A DNA stretch of 61,528 nt, the filler included. It is 7 parts of 7 records of this genome, joined end to end, with 100 filler letters (N's around TTAATTAATTAA, not from the genome) between each part and the next. Parts side by side here need not be neighbours in the genome. Positions count along the whole stretch, not along the records: positions 36,430 to 43,451 come from SRR31147125_37923; positions 43,552 to 50,125 come from SRR31147125_37932; positions 50,226 to 55,878 come from SRR31147125_37998; 4 more parts are not named here. The stretch is one strand, 5' to 3'. The first letter of the stretch is position 1. Every line of letters starts with the position of its first letter. The notes under the pieces were generated by a model. It was not told where the DNA came from. It saw nothing but the letters and a program-made list of their open reading frames with translations, and searched no databases. The position numbers and the translations under genes are program-made. Positions 42,919 through 53,697 of the stretch are shown here, piece by piece.

Positions 42919-43419
42919 ATGAAAAAATTATTTGTACTATTTATGGCAGTTGGTTTCATGTTTAGCTGCCAAAGAGCCGATACATTTTCATCGAGCGAAG
43001 AACTGGTAGCTGCTGTTCAGGAAGAAGTTAAAACGGTTAGCGTTGAAGAAATTAAGACCAAACTCGACAGTTTTGCAGTTTTCAATTTAATTGATGTTCG
43101 CGACTCGCGAGAGCATAATCACGGGTACATTCCGGGATCGGTAAATATATCGCGCGGAACATTGGAGTTTAATATTGGCAACGAAGCTTTTTGGGAAAGT
43201 ACAGGTTTTTATTATCCCGAAAAAAACGAAGAGTTTGTATTGTATTGCAAAAAAGGAAGCCGCAGTGTTTTGGCTGCCGAGGCATTAAAAAAGTTAGGTT
43301 ATCAGAATGTTTCTATTCTCGATGGAGGATTTAAGCAATGGGAATTAACCTATCCAACCATGCAGGAAAAAACTCAACTTGAAGCACATGGTGCTGCCGA
43401 AGAGGTTGGAGGTTGTTAA
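42919..43419 (+). CDS. Rhodanese-domain lipoprotein with C-terminal GGC
   Basis: Lipobox FMFSC, LIDVR, GYIPGS, active-site YCKKGSRS, LDGGF..W; ends EEVGGC*. Confidence 0.88.
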   Translation: MKKLFVLFMAVGFMFSCQRADTFSSSEELVAAVQEEVKTVSVEEIKTKLDSFAVFNLIDVRDSREHNHGYIPGSVNISRGTLEFNIGNEAFWESTGFYYPEKNEEFVLYCKKGSRSVLAAEALKKLGYQNVSILDGGFKQWELTYPTMQEKTQLEAHGAAEEVGGC

Positions 43420-43451
43420 TGCCAATTTGATTATAAAATGCAGTATTGGAT

Positions 43452-43551
43452 NNNNNNNNNNNNNNNNNNNNNNNNNNNNNNNNNNNNNNNNNNNNTTAAT
43501 TAATTAANNNNNNNNNNNNNNNNNNNNNNNNNNNNNNNNNNNNNNNNNNNN
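43452..43551. other. Artificial contig-joining spacer
   Basis: N44-TTAATTAATTAA-N44. Confidence 0.98.
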
Positions 43552-46313
43552 TTACCGATTTTGATGGAAATTACAACATAGTAAGTATTCCTGTAAATTC
43601 TACTTTAGTTTTCTCATTTGTTGGGATGAAAACTCAGGAAATCAATGTTAATGGAAAATCGATTATTGATGTGACTTTAGAAGATGATGCAATTGGTCTT
43701 GAAGAAGTTGTTGCAATTGGGTATGGTTCACAAAAGAAAAAGGAACTAACCGGCTCTGTCGTAGGCATAGGTGCTGAGGAATTGTTGCGAGGAGCCCAAA
43801 CAAACCCGATGGGGCTGATTCAAGGAAAAGTAGCTGGGTTAAATATAATAAAGCCAAATGGAGGTGATCCTAATAGCGATTATATATTTCAAATTCGGGG
43901 GGCATCATCGTTAACTGGTAATATAACCCCTTTAATAATCATTGATGGTATTTCTCAAGGAAATCTTTCTGCCATTCCCCCCGATGATATTGAAAGTATT
44001 GATATTCTAAAGGATGGGTCAGCTTCAGCTATTTATGGAACGCGCGGAACGAATGGCGTCATTCTAGTGACGACCAAAAAGGGACGGTCAGGAAAAACGA
44101 CTGCTTCATACAATGGTTATGTTTCAATCGCTTCCATTCTGAATACACCTAATATTATGAATCGGGAGCAATTTATTGAAAATGGAGGTGAAGATCGTGG
44201 TTTTAATACTGATTGGATTGATAATATTACACGTACTCCATTTGTACAATCACATAATATCGCATTAACAGGCGGAACTTCAGATTTTAATTATCGAACT
44301 TCAATTTCTTATAAAGATAATCCAGGATTAGCCCTTAAATCAGGTTTTGAAGAAATAATTGGACGATTTGCCGCTTCTCAAAAGCTATTTCAGAATAAGG
44401 TAAAGTTTGATGTTGATGTTACTTATCGCAGACAGAATAGTCAATCGATTAGTTATAATGCGTTTAAACATGCACAAAAATACAATCCAACAGCTCCTGT
44501 ATATGATTCAGCTTCTGAATGGGGTGGGTACTATGAATACGACATTCAAGGCTATTATAACCCTGTTGCCTATATAAAACAAAGGGATGATGAAAATAAA
44601 AATGGGATTTTTCAGGGGGCATCTCGTTTAAGTTGGAATATTGTGGATGGTTTGAAAGCAGAGGTTTTTGGAACTCTCTATTATTCTGATAATACAGATG
44701 GAACCTATTCATCAAGACAGATTTTTAATAGCTCTAATTTTGGTAGGGCAAGTCGCCAGTATAGAAATACGGTACGTAAAACAATTGAGACGACACTTAA
44801 TTACGTGAAATCGTTCAAGGAGCACAATCTTGTCCTTTTAGGTGGGTATTCTTATGAAGATAATTTTAGAACTGACTTCAATGCGAATAATTCCAATTTT
44901 GATTCAGATATTTTTTCATATTATAATTTGCAAGCAGGTTCAAACCTTTTAAATGATCCGACTCAGGGTATGATGGGAGGCGGAATAGCTCAAAGTAAAC
45001 TAATATCATTCTTTGGTCGCGCTAACTATACGTATAATAATAAATACTTGCTTTCTGCTTCTGTCCGTCACGAAGGTTCAACCCGATTGGGAGATAATTA
45101 TAAATGGGGAACTTTCCCTGCTGTCAGCATGGGATGGGTAATTAGCAATGAAGGTTTTATGAGTGGGGCAAGTGCGATTAATTCCTTGAAATTAAGGTTA
45201 GGATATGGTGTTACAGGAAATATGCCATCAGACGATTATCTGACAATCGGTATGATGGGAGTTGTTGGTAGGGTGTACGATCACACTTCACAAACATGGA
45301 TAAGTGCCTATGGCCCGACTCAAAATGTGAATAAAGATATTCGATGGGAAAAGAAAGGTGAATGGAATCTTGGCTTAGACTTAACCGCATTTAATAATCG
45401 GTTCAACTTGACAATCGATGCATATCACCGAAAAGTGACCGATTTGATTTATAATTATAAAGTTCCTACTCCTCCTTTCCAATATGAGAATATAATGGCA
45501 AACGTAGGTGAATCAACATCAAAAGGCTTAGAATTTATGATTCGTGGCGTGCCGGTAAAAAGGGGGAAATTTTCTTGGTCAAGCAGTATCAATATGTCAA
45601 TTAATTCAAACCGAATTGATAAGTTTAGCAACGAATTTTACCAGACTGATTGGCTTGAAATGGGTGACTTGACAAACAATGATCTGGGTGGGCTTAACTC
45701 AACGTCCCTGATCAGACTAGTTCCAGGTGGCAAAGTGGGTAGTTTTTATATGCCTGTTTTTGAGGGGTTTAATGAGGATGGCACATGGAGATTCAAAGAC
45801 GTAAATGAGGATGGTAAATTTACATTTGATGCTGACCGCGAATTTGTTGGTAATGCACAACCTGATTTTATTGCTGGTTGGAATAATGAATTTAAATATG
45901 GTAATTTTGGTCTTTCTTTTTCTCTTCGTGCAATAGTTGGGAATGACGTTTTTAATGTTACTCGATTAGCTTTAGAAAATCAGTCTATTGCAGGCACCGA
46001 AAAAAACATGCTTGCCTCAGTTATGAGCCTACCGCTGAATGATGCTGCTTTGGTTTCTGATTATTACCTGGAGGATGGATCATTCCTGAAAATGGACAAC
46101 ATTACACTCTCGTACGATATTCCGGTGAATAAAGTTAAAAACATCAGCAAATTAGGAATTTATTTTACCGGACAAAACATGTTCACCCTAACCGGATATA
46201 AAGGAATCGATCCAGAAGTTAACATGGTTGATATTGCTAACATGGGTATAGAAAGAACCAGTTATTATCCGGCAATTCGTCTTTTCGTTCTTGGCGTTAA
46301 TGTATCATTCTAA
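43552..46313 (+). CDS. susC: SusC/RagA TonB-dependent transporter, 5' truncated
   Basis: LEEVVAIGYG, DIESIDILKDGSASAIYGTRGTNGVILVTTKKG, YLEDGSFLK; terminal Phe. Confidence 0.93.
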
Positions 46314-46337
46314 TTTTTAATGATAAATAAATTGATT

Positions 46338-47911
46338 ATGAAATTAAATACTATTCTTTTTACAATACTGATAATTCTGGCAAGTAGTCTATTGCTGGAC
46401 TCATGTACTGATTTAGCAGAAGATACAACCGGACTGATGACTTCTGAGAATTTTTATTCTGATCCTAACCTAATTTCACAAGCGGTGGGTGTATCATACT
46501 CAGAACTTCAAGCTTATCAAAATCACTGGGGTGTATGGGGTTTACAGACCGTGTCATCAGATGAATGTGTTGTTCCAACCAGAGTACCAGGCAATGATTG
46601 GTATGATGGTGGTGTTTGGCAGGCCTTCCATAAACACGAATGGCAAGTAAACCTATCTAAACTCAATAATGTTTGGAGGTCAATTTTCAGCGGTATTACA
46701 ATTTGTAACCGGATTCTTTTGGATCTCGAAACTTATAAAGAATCAATGAACTCAGATGTATATTCTAAATTTAAAGCAGAAACACTAATCCTACATAGTT
46801 ACTATTATTCATTATTGATTGATTTATTTGGTAATGTTCCATATATCGATAAGTATGAAGGTGAGATAACAGCTTATGATCAAATGTCCCGTGGTGACTT
46901 AAGCAGTATTTTAATTGAAAGGATTAAAGAAAATGCTGAGTTATTAGATGCAGCTCCAACTGCTAAGAATTATGGACACTGTACTAAAGCAATGGCTTAT
47001 ACTTTATTGGCAAAACTTTACCTAAACGCTAAAATTTATAATGGGGCTACTTCATATAGTGCTTCGGATATGAACAAAGTAATTGAATATTGCGATAAGA
47101 TTATTGCTTTAGGCTATTTCGAAGTTGTTTCTGATTTTAAAGCTCCATTTAAGGTTCAGAATGAGTCTTGCAAAGAAAACATTTTTGTAATCCCAATGGC
47201 AAATGGTATTAGTACCAGGGGTGGAGATTATGAATTCCATTTTCATAAATTTTCCGGTCACAGTAATTTCAGACAAATATATGGTTTGAATACAGGTGGA
47301 TGGAATGGTGGTTGTGCAACTCCTGACTTTGTGAATTTGTATGATGATGCTGATATTCGCAAAAAGGGAACTTTCATTTATGGACCTTGTTTCACCCTTG
47401 AAGGGATACCTATTGAAAATAAAGATGATAAGCCCAACCAGTTGGAGCTGACTATCGAGGTTACTTCTCTTACCGCTGCCAGAAAATGGGATGGGGCAAG
47501 AATTCAGAAATATGAGTACGAAAAAGGGATGTCAGGTAATATGAACAATGATTTTGTATTGTTTCGTATGGCTGATGTGTACTATATGAAAGCTGAAGCT
47601 ATTTTAAGAGGGGTAGTGGTTCGCTGGCTGAACTATGTAACGATTCTCAGTTTAAACTAATCCGGGAACGTGCAGGAATGCCAATTTATACGACTGAGAC
47701 TCTAACGTTGGATGAGCTAATTGATGAACGGGGACGTGAATTTGCCTGGGAAGGAATGCGTCGTTCCGATCTTATTCGCTGGGACAAATTTGCTAAAGGT
47801 TCATGGAGTTTCAAGGAAGCTGCTAATGATAACTCTCGTGATCTTTTCCCAATTCCTTATGATCAAATAACAAAAAACCCGACTTGGGTTCAGAATCCAG
47901 GATACAATTAA
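46338..47911 (+). CDS. susD: SusD/RagB lipoprotein, frameshift at the G-run 47610-47613
   Basis: Lipobox LDSC, LFGNVP, LLAKLYLN, FRMADVYYMKAEA; the downstream frame has IRERAG, ERGREFAWEGMRRSDLIRW, PIP and QNPGY. Confidence 0.92.
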
Positions 47912-47916
47912 TATGC

Positions 47917-47952
47917 ATAGGCTGTCTGTGAAATATTTTACAGACAGCCTAT
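47917..47952 (+). terminator. Stem-loop/terminator after susD
   Basis: ATAGGCTGTCTGTGAAA-TA-TTTTACAGACAGCCTAT inverted repeat. Confidence 0.75.
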
Positions 47953-48151
47953 TATTTAATTTGTTTTCAAGTTGAAGTTATTAATTACGGATATTTTGAT
48001 AGCTATCAAGGTATCCATATATTATTTTACAATTGGTTTGAATTTCAAATGAATCTCCACGCTGCAAGCAGACGGGGTATCTGATGCTTTAATTATTATA
48101 CATTTCGCTGCAAGCAACTGAGAACTAACCCCTCAAAAAAATAGAGGAAAT

Positions 48152-49990
48152 ATGAAAAGTACAGTCATTATTTACTTCACAATATTCTTAGTATTTACCA
48201 ATCTAACTTCTCAGTCGCAAGAACTCAATGCTCCGCGATTAATTGTTCGGGGCGACGATATGGGATCTTCTCATGCCAGTAATTTAGCATGTATGGAAAG
48301 TTTCAATAATGGAATTGAAACGTCCATTGAAGTATTGGTTGTTGCACCTTGGTTTCCTGAAGCAGCAAAACTACTACGAGAAAATCCCGGTGTTGACGTT
48401 GGCGTGCACCTGACTCTTACCAGCGAATGGGACAATATCAAATGGCGGCCGCTTACCAATTGCCCAAGCCTGACTGACCCCAATGGATATTTTTTTACGA
48501 TGACCAAGCCAAATCCTAATTATCCCGGACTTGCCATACACGAAAATAAATGGAAATTGGAAGAGATAGAACAGGAATTCAGGGCTCAGATCGAAATGGC
48601 ACTGAAGAATGTACCTCGTGTGAGCCACATTTCCGGGCACATGGGATCAACCAGGTTCGATAAGGAGGTCGGTAAAATGACCCAACGTCTTGCAACTGAA
48701 TATAATTTAGCCGATATCAGTACAGCCCCCGAATCAGATTACAAAATTTTCAGAGCTGGATATGAAGGCCCAAATACGACATTGGAAGAAAAAGAATCCA
48801 GCTTTATTCGCATGCTTGAGAAGCTTGAACCCGGCAAAACGTATGCATTTATTGATCATCCGGCATTTGATAGTCCTGAAATGAAAGCAGTTCATCACAT
48901 TGGATATGAAAATGTCTCTTCTGACCGACAGGGCGTTACTGAACTTTATACCAGTGAGAAAATGAAACTGGCTATTCAGAAGAAAGGAATTCAATTGTCC
49001 AGTTATAATGCGGTTACCAAATCATTACTGCGCGGTATCCCGAAGGACGTTAATGTTTCTCCGGATGCGATATCCAATTATCTGAAAGCTGTTGAAAAAA
49101 GCGGACAGGATTTGCATAGCCTGATGGTATTGCGTCATGGAAAAGTGATTGGGGAAAAGTGGTTTGGTGAGAATGCACCAGACAAGAACCATATTATGAA
49201 CTCAGTAAGTAAAACGTTCACTTCCATCGCGGCTGGATTTGCCGTCCAGGAAAACCTGATAAACCTCAATGATAAAGTCATTTCGTTTTTTCCTGAAGAT
49301 TTGCCAGAGAATAAATCAGCTTATCTGGAAGAGTTGAAAATACGTGATTTACTAACCTTGACCGTAGGGCATGAATCTGACCCGACAAAGGAAATAAGAA
49401 GTCAAAATTGTAGCTGGGAACGATTATTTCTGGCAACTCCAATCGACTATAAGCCTGGGACAAGGTTTGTATACAGTAGTATTGCCTCATATATGATCTC
49501 AGCCATCATTCAGAAGGTTACCGGAGAAAAAATTCTTGACTATTTGTATCCACGTTTATTGCTTCCGTTAGGAATTACCGGTGCAAAGTGGTTAACAAGT
49601 CCAACGGGTGTAAATACAGGTGGTTGGGGTTTATATATTCGAACAGAAGACATGGCCAAACTGGGACAGTTCTTATTGCAGAAAGGAAAATGGAAGGGAA
49701 AACAACTCCTGTCTGAATCATGGATTGAAGAGGCAAGTTCTGCTAAGATTAAACAAGCTCCAATATGGGTTTCAGCAGATACGAACCCAGATGAAAGTGA
49801 TTGGATGCAAGGATATTGTTACCATATGTGGCGTTGCCGGCATAATGCATTTCGAGCCGATGGGGCCAATGGCCAATTCATCATTATTCTGCCTGAAAAG
49901 GATGCCGTAATTGTTACAACTGCTGACATTAAAGATATGCAGGCGGAGATTGATCTTATTTGGGAGTATCTGTTACCCGGATTTAACTAA
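48152..49990 (+). CDS. YdjC/ChbG-type deacetylase fused to a beta-lactamase-like serine hydrolase
   Basis: N-terminal RGDDMG, GVHLTL and SGHMG; C-terminal SVSK (SxxK), YSS and FRADGANGQ. Confidence 0.88.
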   Translation: MKSTVIIYFTIFLVFTNLTSQSQELNAPRLIVRGDDMGSSHASNLACMESFNNGIETSIEVLVVAPWFPEAAKLLRENPGVDVGVHLTLTSEWDNIKWRPLTNCPSLTDPNGYFFTMTKPNPNYPGLAIHENKWKLEEIEQEFRAQIEMALKNVPRVSHISGHMGSTRFDKEVGKMTQRLATEYNLADISTAPESDYKIFRAGYEGPNTTLEEKESSFIRMLEKLEPGKTYAFIDHPAFDSPEMKAVHHIGYENVSSDRQGVTELYTSEKMKLAIQKKGIQLSSYNAVTKSLLRGIPKDVNVSPDAISNYLKAVEKSGQDLHSLMVLRHGKVIGEKWFGENAPDKNHIMNSVSKTFTSIAAGFAVQENLINLNDKVISFFPEDLPENKSAYLEELKIRDLLTLTVGHESDPTKEIRSQNCSWERLFLATPIDYKPGTRFVYSSIASYMISAIIQKVTGEKILDYLYPRLLLPLGITGAKWLTSPTGVNTGGWGLYIRTEDMAKLGQFLLQKGKWKGKQLLSESWIEEASSAKIKQAPIWVSADTNPDESDWMQGYCYHMWRCRHNAFRADGANGQFIIILPEKDAVIVTTADIKDMQAEIDLIWEYLLPGFN

Positions 49991-50125
49991 GGACTAAAAA
50001 TTGAGTCAATTCATGAAAAAATCATTGCTAACATACCAATTGATATTTGTGTATTCGTAGTTTGTCATGCTTGTGTTTACAGTTACTGAGTGCACGCAAA
50101 AGCCGAAAGTTTTTTCTAATTTCAG

Positions 50126-50225
50126 NNNNNNNNNNNNNNNNNNNNNNNNNNNNNNNNNNNNNNNNNNNNTTAATTAATTAANNNNNNNNNNNNNNNNNNN
50201 NNNNNNNNNNNNNNNNNNNNNNNNN
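50126..50225. other. Artificial contig-joining spacer
   Basis: N44-TTAATTAATTAA-N44. Confidence 0.98.
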
Positions 50226-50741
50226 AACCTAAACTTTGCAGAATTTGCCTTTAAAAACGAACGAAAAACCTTTGGTGTTGTTACCGGCCTTGGACTTAGT
50301 TTTAACGATTATGCATTTAACGACCAGGTAACTATTGAAAAAGATGATAATATAGGAATGATTGTTCCGTATTACTTACCGGACGATGAGCACGGGCACG
50401 ATATTAAAAAATCGAAACTACATGTAAATTACCTTACTGTTCCCTTAATGCTTGAGGTTAAAACGCCACTTAGAATGGGAAGTTCGCGTATGTATTTGGC
50501 CGGTGGAGTAATTGGAGGTTTGTATCTTGGTTCGCACACAAAATACAAGTATTACAAAGGCAACAAAGAAAAATCGAAAACCGGTTACCACATTAACCCA
50601 TTTAAATACGAACTTACCGGACGTATTGGTTTTGGCGACTTCTGCATATTTGCAAATTACAGCATGACCTCTTTATTTAAAGATGGTAAAGGTCCCGAAG
50701 TTTATCCGTTGATGATTGGAATTTCATTTCCAAATATTTAA
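50226..50741 (+). CDS. Bacteroidota outer-membrane beta-barrel (porin family) protein, 5' truncated
   Basis: KKSKLHVNYLTVPLMLE, GVIGG...GSHTK, RIGFG and C-terminal IGISF. Confidence 0.75.
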   Translation, partial: NLNFAEFAFKNERKTFGVVTGLGLSFNDYAFNDQVTIEKDDNIGMIVPYYLPDDEHGHDIKKSKLHVNYLTVPLMLEVKTPLRMGSSRMYLAGGVIGGLYLGSHTKYKYYKGNKEKSKTGYHINPFKYELTGRIGFGDFCIFANYSMTSLFKDGKGPEVYPLMIGISFPNI

Positions 50742-50784
50742 TTTTTTTATTAAAACAATATAAGTATCGAAAAAAATTATTAAC

Positions 50785-50812
50785 TCCCCGGTAAATTTCC
50801 GGGGATTTTTTT
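50785..50812 (+). terminator. Intrinsic terminator
   Basis: TCCCCGG-TAAATTT-CCGGGGA followed by T7. Confidence 0.8.
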
Positions 50813-50844
50813 GTAAAATCCAATAGTTCAGGTAATTTTATGAC

Positions 50845-51441
50845 GTGGAGACCATTAAATTGTTGGCGCTTATTAGTTTGTTAAACTTTTGCTTAGTAAT
50901 TATTTGTAAATACCGTAAACTTAAAAAAAGTGGTATTCGCGTTACCGGGCAAGGACAGAAGATTAAAATTTTCTTACTGTCTGTGGGTTTATTGTGCTTT
51001 TTTTCGTTGGTAACTTTAGAAATGTTCTCTCATTCGTTTAACCTTTCAGTAAGCGTATTACCCCATTTCTTAAGTAAATCTCTTCTGCCAAGTATTATCA
51101 TTGCGCTTCCTGGTATTCTGTTTATTGTTTCCTCTATTATCACTTTACACCTAACGCTTGAAGCTTTTAATAAATCTTTACGCTTCGGACTTGACTCAGG
51201 AAATCTTGGAGAACTAACAACAAATGGAATTTTTCACTACACACGAAATCCATTGTTTTTAGCCATTAACATGCAGTTTATTGGAATTGCGCTAATTTAT
51301 ACAACACCATTTTTTATTGCAATTGCCCTATTATCAGCCATCAGTATTCATCTGTTTGTGCTGAAAGAAGAACAATTTATGCGCAACAACTATGGAGAAT
51401 TGTACAATGATTATTCTCGAAAGGTAAAGCGATATTTTTGA
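50845..51441 (+). CDS. Isoprenylcysteine carboxyl methyltransferase/PEMT family membrane protein
   Basis: LTTNGIFHYTRNPLF and EEQFM...YG..Y..Y...V.RYF motifs. Confidence 0.8.
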   Translation: METIKLLALISLLNFCLVIICKYRKLKKSGIRVTGQGQKIKIFLLSVGLLCFFSLVTLEMFSHSFNLSVSVLPHFLSKSLLPSIIIALPGILFIVSSIITLHLTLEAFNKSLRFGLDSGNLGELTTNGIFHYTRNPLFLAINMQFIGIALIYTTPFFIAIALLSAISIHLFVLKEEQFMRNNYGELYNDYSRKVKRYF

Positions 51442-51511
51442 ATGAAGAATATTGATTAACAATTGCAAAATTTAGAAGGAAGAAACTTCAAAAATCGTCA
51501 ATCATTATTCG

Positions 51512-53152
51512 CTATTCTACATTATCAAAAACCTTCTCTCCCCCACTCCATGTACTCAAAATTTTAGCATCTAAAACATCTTTTGCCGAAGCTGCCATTA
51601 AATCGGTATCGAGAACAATAAAATCGGCCAACATTCCGGAAGTTAGGCTTCCTTTCTCATTTTCTTCGAACGATGCTTTTGCTGCCCATGTTGTCATAGA
51701 GCGCAATGTTTGTTCGCGTGTAAGGCCTTCGTTAATGTGCCAGCCACCTTCGGGCCAACCTTCGTGGTCGATACGAAAAACAGCCGAATAAAAAGTAAAT
51801 AGCGGCTCTATATTTTCCACCGGGAAATCGGTTCCGTTTGGCAACCAGCCATTTTGTTTCATCAAGGTTTGATAAGCATAAGCACCTTTTATGCGTTCTG
51901 CTCCTACCCTGTCTTCGGCCCACGGCATGTCGCTGGTGCAGTGTGTTGCCTGAACAGACGGAATTATAGAATATTTTCCAAACTTATCGAAATCATCGGG
52001 ATGAATAATTTGCGAGTGCTCAATTCTCCAGCGACGGTCGTTTTTTCCTTTAAGAACCTTTCCATAAGTATCCAACATCAAACGGTTACCACCATCGCCA
52101 ATTGCGTGCGTAGCCACGGCATAATTATTATCGTAAGCCAGTTGGCAAACTTTATCGTAATACGCTTGTCTTTCAATTTGTATTCCGCTGTTTCCGCGAT
52201 CATCAGAATACTCTTCCATCATTAATGCCCCGCGCGATCCAAGTGCTCCATCAGCAAAAAGTTTAATGGTATTTACACTTAAACGCTCTGTTTTATACAG
52301 GCCGGTCTTTACAAAATGTTCGAAATTTTCTTCCGATGGACTTAACATGGCATTAATGCGCATTTTCAATTCGCCCGACTTCTGCATTTCATCCATCAAC
52401 AAAACAGTATTTTTACTTAATCCGCAATCGGTAACCGAAGTAAGGCCAACTGCAAAACAATTCGCTTGTGCCGCCAACAAGCCTTTTCTTTGCTGTTCTG
52501 TTGAAATTTCAGGAACATGTTTCATTACCAAACCCATGGCATTATCGATAAATACACCGCTTGGTTCACCATTTTTTAACAAAACATCTCCACCATCAAC
52601 TTTCGAGTTTGCAGTAACACCCGCAATTTCCAAAGCTTTCGAGTTGCACCATCCGGCATGACCATCAACACGAATTAAATAAACCGGAATATCAGGAAAA
52701 ATTTCATCCAATCCATCTTTGGTCGGGAATTCTTTCACCGCCCAGTCGTTTTGATCCCAACTACGACCCAGCACCCATTCGCCACCAAATTGTTCGTGGT
52801 GCTTTTTCAGAATATCATAAATATCTTCAGGACTTTCAGTTCCCCGTAAATCGGCATATTGCATTAAGTTGATACCGTAACCATTAAAATGGCAGTGCGC
52901 GTCGTAAAATCCCGGATAAACAAAATTTCCGGCTGCATCAACAACGTTATCCGACTCGTACTTTGTTGAAATTTCTTCCAACGTTCCACTTGAAACAATT
53001 TTTCCGCCAGCAACTGCGAAACTTTCAACTTTCGAAAAAGCATCATCAACAGTATAAACGGTGGCGTTTTTTACTATCAAATCAACCTTTTCTTTGTTTG
53101 AACACGAACTCATAACTAACAGTATAAAAACAATTAACAGCGAAAATTTCAT
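51512..53152 (-). CDS. Amidohydrolase family 3 (YtcJ-like) lipoprotein
   Basis: PGFYDAHCH, KLFADGALGSRGA, THAIGD, RIEHSQ and GTDFPVE; lipobox MSSC from MKFSLL at 53152. Confidence 0.9.
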   Translation of the reverse strand: MKFSLLIVFILLVMSSCSNKEKVDLIVKNATVYTVDDAFSKVESFAVAGGKIVSSGTLEEISTKYESDNVVDAAGNFVYPGFYDAHCHFNGYGINLMQYADLRGTESPEDIYDILKKHHEQFGGEWVLGRSWDQNDWAVKEFPTKDGLDEIFPDIPVYLIRVDGHAGWCNSKALEIAGVTANSKVDGGDVLLKNGEPSGVFIDNAMGLVMKHVPEISTEQQRKGLLAAQANCFAVGLTSVTDCGLSKNTVLLMDEMQKSGELKMRINAMLSPSEENFEHFVKTGLYKTERLSVNTIKLFADGALGSRGALMMEEYSDDRGNSGIQIERQAYYDKVCQLAYDNNYAVATHAIGDGGNRLMLDTYGKVLKGKNDRRWRIEHSQIIHPDDFDKFGKYSIIPSVQATHCTSDMPWAEDRVGAERIKGAYAYQTLMKQNGWLPNGTDFPVENIEPLFTFYSAVFRIDHEGWPEGGWHINEGLTREQTLRSMTTWAAKASFEENEKGSLTSGMLADFIVLDTDLMAASAKDVLDAKILSTWSGGEKVFDNVE

Positions 53153-53241
53153 CCTCTTCTTTTTTGGTGAAAGACAAATGTAGCTTATTCGGCATACATT
53201 TAAAAACATTTAAGTACATGGGTTTGACTGAATTATATTTC

Positions 53242-53249
53242 TATCTTTG
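53242..53249 (+). promoter_or_regulatory. Bacteroidota -7 promoter element
   Basis: TATCTTTG matches TAnnTTTG, 31 nt before the ATG at 53281; a TTTG lies at 53223-26 with shorter than usual spacing. Confidence 0.6.
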
Positions 53250-53280
53250 TGCCGCAGAATTAAAAAGAAACAGACAACAA

Positions 53281-53619
53281 ATGTTTTCAGTAGGCATATT
53301 TACAACGCACATCCCCTATATCGCAATGATTGCGTTTTATGCTTATTTTCTGCTTTTCGGAACAAACAAAGCCACTGAAGGAAGCATCCGGGTTGCAGAA
53401 AAATCTATCACAGTTGAGCAACACCTAAATCATGCTGAACAAATAAAAATAGCTGACAACCAAAATTTTCACGCCTCTTTTGAAGCTATTTGCAAACATT
53501 TTCTGTTAAAAAGTATTCCTGCAAAACACAAGTGGAATTCAGTTTGGCTCGACCGGCTTACTGTTCTTGAGCTCCCACAAAGCGCGCTCTTCAACCGTCC
53601 TCCCCCGGTATTGGTTTAA
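53281..53619 (+). CDS. Small membrane-anchored ORF ending in RPPP; putative ribosome-arrest/leader peptide (DUF2946-like arrangement)
   Basis: 112 aa from MFSVGIFTTHIPYIAMIAFYAYFLLFG; C-terminus LFNRPPPVLV*; directly upstream of a TonB-dependent receptor. Confidence 0.65.
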   Translation: MFSVGIFTTHIPYIAMIAFYAYFLLFGTNKATEGSIRVAEKSITVEQHLNHAEQIKIADNQNFHASFEAICKHFLLKSIPAKHKWNSVWLDRLTVLELPQSALFNRPPPVLV

Positions 53620-53697
53620 TTTATTTTTCTAAAAAATTAAAACTTTACTCCAGCAAAACTGTTTGGAGATTTTATCAATACCATTTTTCAACATAAC

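Noticed and set aside
49000-49990. Beta-lactamase resistance gene (also the MBL-fold genes at 1, 6292 and 38556)
   Set aside because: Only fold-level motifs are present; context and subfamily motifs point to general hydrolases.
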